Part shown: piece after piece, positions 7,662-13,504 of the stretch
How the letters are laid out: the number at the start of each line of letters is the position of its first letter
Position numbering within the stretch: position 1 is the stretch's first letter
NCBI GenBank assembly: GCA_038874215.1
Contig: JAVZCV010000027.1
Span: 1 to 13,504 of the forward strand
Origin: Candidatus Micrarchaeia archaeon
GTDB lineage: Archaea; Micrarchaeota; Micrarchaeia; Burarchaeales; JAVZCV01
Direction of reading: 5' to 3'
DNA length: 13,504 nt
Notes under the pieces: generated by a model
The model's database searches: none
Seen by the model: the letters and a program-made list of their open reading frames with translations, nothing else
What the model was told of the DNA's origin: nothing
Position numbers and translations under genes: made by a program

Positions 7662-9409
7662 ACCAACCCCTTAAAATCCTCGTCCTTGCGTGCCATCTCC
7701 ACGATGGCATCGGCATTATTGTAGTATGTAGCCATCACTTTGCCGACAGAGTTAATGTCTGTTATTTTTTTCCTAAGCATCCATTCAAGTATCATCTGTT
7801 TTTCCTGCATGTCTTCAGCGAGCTCCTGCTCGCTCATTCCCGTATGCAGGTTCAGCTCATCAAATATCCTTATGCTTCTGTTCATCTTCTCAAACGAATC
7901 TCCTCGCGGGTGCCACTTGTAAAGCCTGTTCAAGGATACCGCTTCTGTTCCTGAGGATAGCACTTCGCTTATCTCATATGTTCTCCTTATTCCCCTTCTC
8001 CTGTCCCTGTACTGCACAACGATTAGGTGGAGGGAAACGAGCTCCTGCGGCGGAAGTTGTATGGGAGCATTAATCAGCCTTCTGAGAGTCTGCTCTGCCG
8101 TGTCTGCGTGCATAGTTGAGTATACCGCATGCCCAGTATGCATCGCCTCAAATAAAACTTCTGCCTCCTCTCTCCTCCTTATCTCGCCCACTATTATCCT
8201 GTCTGGCCTCATTCTAAGGGACGCAACCATGAGGTCAAGCATGCTGACCTGTCCTTTTCCTTCTGGGTTCGGGTTTCTCGTTGTAAGCGGTACCCAGTTC
8301 CATCTTAGGTAATCTGGAAGGTTTAGCTCGCGTGTATCCTCTATCGTAACGATGCGCTGGTGCGATGGGATTAGGGCGCAGAGGGTGTTAAGGGCGCTCG
8401 TCTTGCCGCTTGCAGTCCCTCCCACAACAAGCACGTTCATCTCGTATTGCATGCAGAGCCAGAGGAAAGCCGCAATCTCTGATGAAAACGTGTGTATTTC
8501 GCTTGAAATAAACGAGGTTATCGTCCATGGGGCACGGGCGAACCTCCTTATCGTCAGGGTACACCCGCTCGTAGAAATCGGGAAGAGGGTTGCGCAAACT
8601 CTGTCGCCAGTCACTAGGTGTGCGTCCATTATGGGCTCAAGGAGTGTTATCTCCCTGCCGCTCTTTCTGCCTATTTGCGACGCATAGTTGTATATCTCGC
8701 TTTCGGTTAGTTTGGGGAGGGTTGTTTTAAGCCATCCATATTTCTTGTGGTATACGGCTATGGGGGATGCAGAGCCGTTTATCCCTATTTCTTCTATGTA
8801 ATCGTCAGCCATGAGGAGCTCTATATCACCAAGCCCGTACATCGTATGGAGAAGTATGCCAGCCATCACATCCTTTTCTTTTTCCTCAATTTTTGGGATG
8901 GACTGCGATATAACTTCGGATGCCTTCGTATAGAACCTTTCCTTGAGCTCGCCAGTTTTTCTCTGGTCTATTATCTCTTCGGTTTCAATGGGCACGAGCC
9001 TCGCTATCTCGTCCCGAAGGTGATTCATAAAAACTTCTGTATAAGGTCCTATAACGGGTGATGCAAGATGGTAAAACGGCCTTCCCTCCCCACTAACTTT
9101 TATTATTTCAACAGCCCCCCTCACGTTGTTTGCCTCAACCGAGTATTTCTCAAGGACTTCTCCTTTTGGAGCCTCGACCGTATGCCATGCGAGCCTCTGC
9201 TGCACTCTTATCTGGGGTTTAGAAAGTATATTCGTAGGATATATCAGCGAGACAACGCCATATTCGCTGAGAATTTTGCCTATGTTCTCAATATGGGATT
9301 CGCTTTCGCCGAGCGCTTTTGATATTTCGTCTATGCCCGCACCGCCTTTCTCATAGGCATATTCACATATCCTATCAACTAACGTTTCTATCCTCTTCAT
9401 GCTTGCCAT
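7658..9409 (-). CDS. Type IV pilus assembly ATPase (VirB11/CpaF/ArlI family) with N-terminal winged-helix-like extension
   Basis: Walker A GGTASGKT, Asp box TIEDTREL, Walker B RPDRIIVGEIR, His box MHTGH..STMHA. Confidence 0.95.
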   Translation of the reverse strand: MASMKRIETLVDRICEYAYEKGGAGIDEISKALGESESHIENIGKILSEYGVVSLIYPTNILSKPQIRVQQRLAWHTVEAPKGEVLEKYSVEANNVRGAVEIIKVSGEGRPFYHLASPVIGPYTEVFMNHLRDEIARLVPIETEEIIDQRKTGELKERFYTKASEVISQSIPKIEEKEKDVMAGILLHTMYGLGDIELLMADDYIEEIGINGSASPIAVYHKKYGWLKTTLPKLTESEIYNYASQIGRKSGREITLLEPIMDAHLVTGDRVCATLFPISTSGCTLTIRRFARAPWTITSFISSEIHTFSSEIAAFLWLCMQYEMNVLVVGGTASGKTSALNTLCALIPSHQRIVTIEDTRELNLPDYLRWNWVPLTTRNPNPEGKGQVSMLDLMVASLRMRPDRIIVGEIRRREEAEVLFEAMHTGHAVYSTMHADTAEQTLRRLINAPIQLPPQELVSLHLIVVQYRDRRRGIRRTYEISEVLSSGTEAVSLNRLYKWHPRGDSFEKMNRSIRIFDELNLHTGMSEQELAEDMQEKQMILEWMLRKKITDINSVGKVMATYYNNADAIVEMARKDEDFKGLV

Positions 9410-9429
9410 GCTCTTATTTTTCGTTCTTG

Positions 9430-9446
9430 CTTAAAAAACATTAGCG
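9430..9446 (-). promoter_or_regulatory. Putative BRE/TATA promoter for the ATPase-TadB-TadC unit (T-tract may also terminate tldD)
   Basis: The minus strand reads CGCTAAT-G-TTTTTTAAG, ending ~21 nt before ATG 9409. Confidence 0.55.
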
Positions 9447-10784
9447 TCATTTCCCTGCAACAAAAACATCGGTAAGCCGAATGTGCGGCCCTCCATCGCC
9501 AACATTTATGTGCTTCCCATGCTTACCGCACACTCCAAGGCTGAATGTCCTTTCCTTTCCAAGCCCATCAACGTTGAGGAGGGTTTCAAGGATATTCCCG
9601 CTTATCATCGCATCCCTCAGCCTGCCCCTCAACTCGCCATTTTTAATCTCGTATCCATCTTCTGATGTGAATATGAACTCGCCCGTTTTGGGTGTGACCG
9701 CACCTCCCTGAACCCCGCAGAGATAAACGCCCTCTTTTATGTCTATAAGCTCATCAAACTCCATATCGCCAGCTTCAAAGAATGTGTTGCTCATTCTAAC
9801 TATGGGCATCTCTGCTGCATGCCCCCTCATGTTTCCCGTTGATTGAGTTCCCATGATAGCGGCAGTTTCCCTTGAATGCAAGTATGAATTTAGGATTCCG
9901 CCTTTTACTATATACGTCTTCCAAGCACGCACGCCCTCATCGTCAAAGGCAAAGCCGCCGAAGGCATTGACGAGTATGGGCTCGTCTACTATCGTGACGC
10001 TTTCATCAGCTATTTTTTTGCCAAGCATTCCCACAAAAGCCGATGTTTTCCCAACAACGCTATCCGCTTCCGATGCATGTCCCACTGCCTCGTGCGCAAG
10101 AACGCCCGCCATCTTTCCATCTATAACCACAGTCCTCCTCCCAGCCTTGGGAACGCTTGCATCAAGGAGGGAGATGGCTTTTTCGCGCGTCTCTTTTGCC
10201 TTCTCAAGGAAATTCGCAATCAATTCGTGTCCTCCATGCCCGCCCAACCTTGAAAAACCGTGTGCCATCTTCCCTGCTGATCTTGCAATCGTATAGAAAC
10301 GTATGTAGACGCTTGGCAGAACCTGGAATATCTCCGCACCTTCGGAGCTTAGGAAGGTTTTCTCAACAAAAGCGTCCCTGTATAAAACCGTTCTCGTCTT
10401 TATTCTGCTTTCTTGCATTTCTTTATCCGCTTCCAAAGCGAGCTTAACTTTCTCTTCAACGCACATCTCATACATGGGTCTCTTAGGCTTGATTATGAAC
10501 TTTTCTTTTACAACTTCCTCATCAGAAAGCCGTGCGTTTCCCTTGCCAGCATGTGCAAGCCTGAGCGCTCTTTCAAGCGCATCGGATAGGTTTCGTTCAT
10601 TATTCGTGCTCGCAAATCCCCAGCTTCCTTTATGAAGAACGCGGACGCCAGCCTCCCAGTCGTTCGCCTCAACAACATTCTCAACTTTGCCATCATTTAT
10701 CTCAACGATAACAAAGGAAATGTGTGTTATGCGCACGTCTGCGTAATCTGCTTCGCACGATTGAACGAGGTTTTGCAAATCCAT
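9447..10784 (-). CDS. tldD: TldD/PmbA family metalloprotease, catalytic TldD type
   Basis: YADVR, GVRVLHKGSWGFAS, HEAVGH.SEAD (HExxGH), FDDEG, PIVRMSN, CGK and VGDGGPH motifs. Confidence 0.95.
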   Translation of the reverse strand: MDLQNLVQSCEADYADVRITHISFVIVEINDGKVENVVEANDWEAGVRVLHKGSWGFASTNNERNLSDALERALRLAHAGKGNARLSDEEVVKEKFIIKPKRPMYEMCVEEKVKLALEADKEMQESRIKTRTVLYRDAFVEKTFLSSEGAEIFQVLPSVYIRFYTIARSAGKMAHGFSRLGGHGGHELIANFLEKAKETREKAISLLDASVPKAGRRTVVIDGKMAGVLAHEAVGHASEADSVVGKTSAFVGMLGKKIADESVTIVDEPILVNAFGGFAFDDEGVRAWKTYIVKGGILNSYLHSRETAAIMGTQSTGNMRGHAAEMPIVRMSNTFFEAGDMEFDELIDIKEGVYLCGVQGGAVTPKTGEFIFTSEDGYEIKNGELRGRLRDAMISGNILETLLNVDGLGKERTFSLGVCGKHGKHINVGDGGPHIRLTDVFVAGK

Positions 10785-10835
10785 GCTTCTGGGATACGAA
10801 GCCCAGATTATAAAGATTATCAGTGATATTTTATC
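10785..10835. promoter_or_regulatory. Divergent promoter with central TATA box
   Basis: ATTATAAA at 10807-10814 (TTTATAAT on minus) lies 22-23 nt from both start codons. Confidence 0.65.
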
Positions 10836-11726
10836 ATGATAAGAGTTGTAGTCCTAGGCTCTGGCGCAAGCATACCCAGTGTGGAGAGGAATCTCCCAGC
10901 AATAGCCATAAGGTATGGCGGGGATGTCTTTCTCTTTGACTGCGGTGAGGGAACGCAAAGGCAGATGATGAAATTTAAGGTAAGCTATTCGCGCGTAAAG
11001 GCTATTTTCATAACCCATTTGCATGCCGACCATTTCATAGGAATCGTTGGGCTCGTAAGAACGCTTGAGCTAGGCGGGAGAACAGAGCCGCTTTATATTT
11101 TTGGGCCAAGCGGAACCACGCGCATGATGAGGGCTTTTGGGGCAATTCGGGGGTTTGTTAAAACGGAGGACATAAATGAAAAATTCTGCTTCGCTGGGGA
11201 GGGATTTGTGGTTTCTGCGTTTAAAACAGAGCATGGTATTGAGAGCTATGGCTATGTTTTCAAGGAAAACGATAGGAGGAACTTTTATGAGGAGAGGGCA
11301 AAGGGTATGGGAATAAAGGGGAGGATGTTTAGCGAATTGCAGGAAAAAGGAGCGATCAAGGTAGAGGGGAGGGTGGTGAGAATTGAGGATGTTACGTATA
11401 TAAAAAAAGGGAAGAAAATTGCATACACAGGGGATACTATTTTTTCGGAGAGCACGGTTAAGGCATCGCAGGAAGCAGACATTCTGATGCACGATGCAAG
11501 CTTTTCTGACGATATGAAGGAGGAGGCCCTGAGCAGGATGCACTCAACCGCAACAGATGCAGCTCGTGTCGCTTTGCTCGCAAACGTAAAGAAACTCGTT
11601 CTTGTTCACATAAGCCCGCGTTATGGGGATGGGAAGATTCTTGAAGAGGAGGCGAAGAGGATATTCCAAAACACGCTTGTTGCGCAAGACGGAACAGAGA
11701 TAACGCTTACCTCACATGGAAAATAA
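10836..11726 (+). CDS. rnz: Ribonuclease Z (tRNA 3' endonuclease)
   Basis: LGSGASIPSVERN, LFDCGEGTQRQ, THLHADH, flexible-arm exosite, YTGDT, HDAS, HST and HISPRY motifs. Confidence 0.96.
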   Translation: MIRVVVLGSGASIPSVERNLPAIAIRYGGDVFLFDCGEGTQRQMMKFKVSYSRVKAIFITHLHADHFIGIVGLVRTLELGGRTEPLYIFGPSGTTRMMRAFGAIRGFVKTEDINEKFCFAGEGFVVSAFKTEHGIESYGYVFKENDRRNFYEERAKGMGIKGRMFSELQEKGAIKVEGRVVRIEDVTYIKKGKKIAYTGDTIFSESTVKASQEADILMHDASFSDDMKEEALSRMHSTATDAARVALLANVKKLVLVHISPRYGDGKILEEEAKRIFQNTLVAQDGTEITLTSHGK

Positions 11727-11740
11727 AGGCTAAAATCTGT

Positions 11741-13504
11741 TCATTCTTCTTTTTGACGTCGGTTCTGGAACTGGGCTGAAGATAGGTACGCCTGATTAAG
11801 GGTTTTTGTTGGGTCTGGTGCAACTTCTTCTCTCGCTGGCTGTCGTGCTTGGGGCGATACGCTTGTTTCTGGAGCAACACGGGTTTGCGCTCTTTCCTGT
11901 GCAGGGATGGGTGGCGATATCGCATCAAGAAAAGCGTCAGTAGCCCTAACAGCCCCGATACCTGCGTCGTATTCAGCTCTTGCGCTCTCAGAATTCGCTT
12001 TTCTGAAGAACTCTGCGCCGAAAAGTTTGTAGAGGGCGAGGGCAGATTCATCGTCCCTCAGGTGATAGAGTGTTCTTCCTTTCTCCGTTTTGACCATGAG
12101 AAGAACAGAACCGTCTTCTGAATGCTCAAACTGAATGACGCCGCGGCCTCCCTCCCTTACGCTCTTAGCCTCTGCCACGAGCTGGTCTATGAGGGCATCT
12201 CTTCTTTCTACAGCCACTACCCGCTTTCTAACAGCAAAAGCTTCTCCCTCTCTTTTAACTTCAAGCACGACTGAATTCCCATTCTCAACATCGCCCTTCA
12301 CTTTATTTTCCTTGAATATCCCTATCCTATCAAGGTCCTCAAGCTTTACCAAATAGTCTCTTGTTCTCTTCATGCCGTGGTCTGCATCGTAGTATTCCAG
12401 AGTAACCCTTGCATCGCCAGAAGCGGTTTTTGATACAGTTATTTTGCAGTCGCCAGCATTTTTTATTCTTGTAAGCACTGTCGCATAATCGGTCAGCCTC
12501 GTCTTATCAACCACCAGTTCATATGTTCCGTCCTCTTTCTTTCCGAATGCAAGCGTTATCTGCCTTACGCCATCTGAAAAATCAAGCATATCGGCATTTC
12601 CGAATACCCCTTGTAGAGCCTGCTTGGCATTATCAGTTGTCAGTATGTATGTTCTCATGCCCTGTGGAGTTGCAACCTGAAGTCTAACGAGATCCTTGCC
12701 TTCTTGGGATATCACTATCGTCCCGGCCTCAGCGCCTTTTATCTTCTCCGCTATCTCTGTCGGCTTGGGCAGTAGTGCCATGACACGATCAAGCGTTATT
12801 CTTCCTTTTCCTCCAACTGAATACTCCGCTCTTGCAAAATCAGCGTTGCTCACTGTGTAGAAAGTCTGGCGCATCTCGTCGGCCATTCTCCTTGCCTTTT
12901 CTTTTGCCCTGTGCCTCTGCCAAATACCGAAGAGGAGCAGAACAGCGCCGAACCAGTTAAATGTGAATGCGCCTTTTGCGTATGTTGCCAACGGTATTGG
13001 AAAACCACCAAGTCCCCGCACCCCTAAACTTACCCCAAAGGGATACGAAACTCCGAATGCGAAGTCTCCTGTCTGTTTCCACAGGTATGCTCGCAACTCT
13101 CCCCTGTCAACGCTTAAATCCCCTATAATTCCTCCTCTCGGGTCAAATTTATATCCGATATAATAGTTTGTACCCCCACCGCCAAGCGTAACTCCCGCCC
13201 TCCATCTCCCGCCCATATCATACGCCAATATGCCGATTTGATTTCCGATTGAGAGCTCGTATTGCACGTTTTCCACTCTTTTACCGACATGTACGGAAAC
13301 GTTGCCTCTGCTGTCAAAAGAGAAATCGTATCTCGTAGTTGGGTCGCTCTCACGCACATAATCGGCAAGCCTAACCCTATAACTTAACCCATTCCTATCA
13401 TATACTATTACTCCTTCTATGTTGTCAATTAGCTGTTTGGTAATCATTAAGCCGAAGCCGCCCGGCCCATACTTCCCTCCCACGCTCCATCCTTTCCGCA
13501 GGCG
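11741..13504 (-). CDS. 5'-truncated large hypothetical membrane protein (beta-hairpin-rich region, TM helix, three degenerate repeats, disordered tail)
   Basis: The frame stays open beyond GTG 13483 to the window edge (RLRKGWSV), giving at least 587 codons. WFGAVLLLFGIW is followed by QRHRAKEKARR. Confidence 0.85.
   Translation of the reverse strand, partial: RLRKGWSVGGKYGPGGFGLMITKQLIDNIEGVIVYDRNGLSYRVRLADYVRESDPTTRYDFSFDSRGNVSVHVGKRVENVQYELSIGNQIGILAYDMGGRWRAGVTLGGGGTNYYIGYKFDPRGGIIGDLSVDRGELRAYLWKQTGDFAFGVSYPFGVSLGVRGLGGFPIPLATYAKGAFTFNWFGAVLLLFGIWQRHRAKEKARRMADEMRQTFYTVSNADFARAEYSVGGKGRITLDRVMALLPKPTEIAEKIKGAEAGTIVISQEGKDLVRLQVATPQGMRTYILTTDNAKQALQGVFGNADMLDFSDGVRQITLAFGKKEDGTYELVVDKTRLTDYATVLTRIKNAGDCKITVSKTASGDARVTLEYYDADHGMKRTRDYLVKLEDLDRIGIFKENKVKGDVENGNSVVLEVKREGEAFAVRKRVVAVERRDALIDQLVAEAKSVREGGRGVIQFEHSEDGSVLLMVKTEKGRTLYHLRDDESALALYKLFGAEFFRKANSESARAEYDAGIGAVRATDAFLDAISPPIPAQERAQTRVAPETSVSPQARQPAREEVAPDPTKTLNQAYLSSAQFQNRRQKEE

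Noticed and set aside
1802-9409. Archaellum operon (arlH/I/J)
   Set aside because: No archaellin or ArlC-G-like genes are present. Two separate TadB/TadC-type genes and Gln+1/Glu+5 pilins indicate a pilus.
2576-9409. Incomplete pilus locus because no prepilin peptidase is present
   Set aside because: PibD/EppA genes are often unlinked, so absence from a 13.5-kb window is uninformative.
10817-10829. tet operator or vector contamination (TATCAGTGATA core)
   Set aside because: Only the 11-bp core matches, the flanks differ from tetO, and the context is a native intergenic region.
11280-11550. Inactive RNase Z (HDAS instead of HEAT, arm lacking the GP motif)
   Set aside because: Metal-binding motifs and HST are intact, and HDA[TS] variants occur in other archaeal RNase Z proteins.
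726-13368. Numerous antisense or alternate-frame ORFs in the track (e.g. 726..1136, 5510..5968, 9853..10296, 11070..11543, 11707..12051)
   Set aside because: They lie mostly within well-supported genes and have no recognisable motifs, so they are shadow ORFs.
1-13504. CRISPR arrays, tRNA/rRNA, IS elements, nucleotide tandem repeats
   Set aside because: All intergenic gaps are 51 bp or less, and no periodic repeats or transposase/integrase motifs were seen by eye.

Overview
Gene-dense archaeal window. A DPANN/Micrarchaeota-like origin is inferred from protein styles, class III signal peptides, BRE/TATA promoters and GGTGA-type Shine-Dalgarno (SD) sites; it is not proven. From left to right: (1) a signalling operon, truncated at the left edge, encoding a KaiC/RecA-like domain fused to an MglA/CvnD-type small GTPase, two roadblock/LC7 (MglB-like) paralogues, a small helical protein with an internal 'MGP' repeat and a single-domain KaiC-like ATPase; (2) a type IV pilus locus, with five pilin-like genes on + converging on a minus-strand unit of VirB11/CpaF ATPase (with an extra N-terminal winged-helix-like domain), two TadB/TadC-type membrane proteins and a probable major pilin; (3) tldD and rnz, divergent across 51 bp containing one central TATA box and several palindromes; (4) the 3' part of a large unknown protein with a Gly/aromatic beta-hairpin region, one TM helix and three degenerate repeats. 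The best candidate for an under-described system is an archaeal MglAB-like GTPase/roadblock/KaiC switch directly beside the pilus machinery. No RNA genes, CRISPR arrays or mobile elements were seen.
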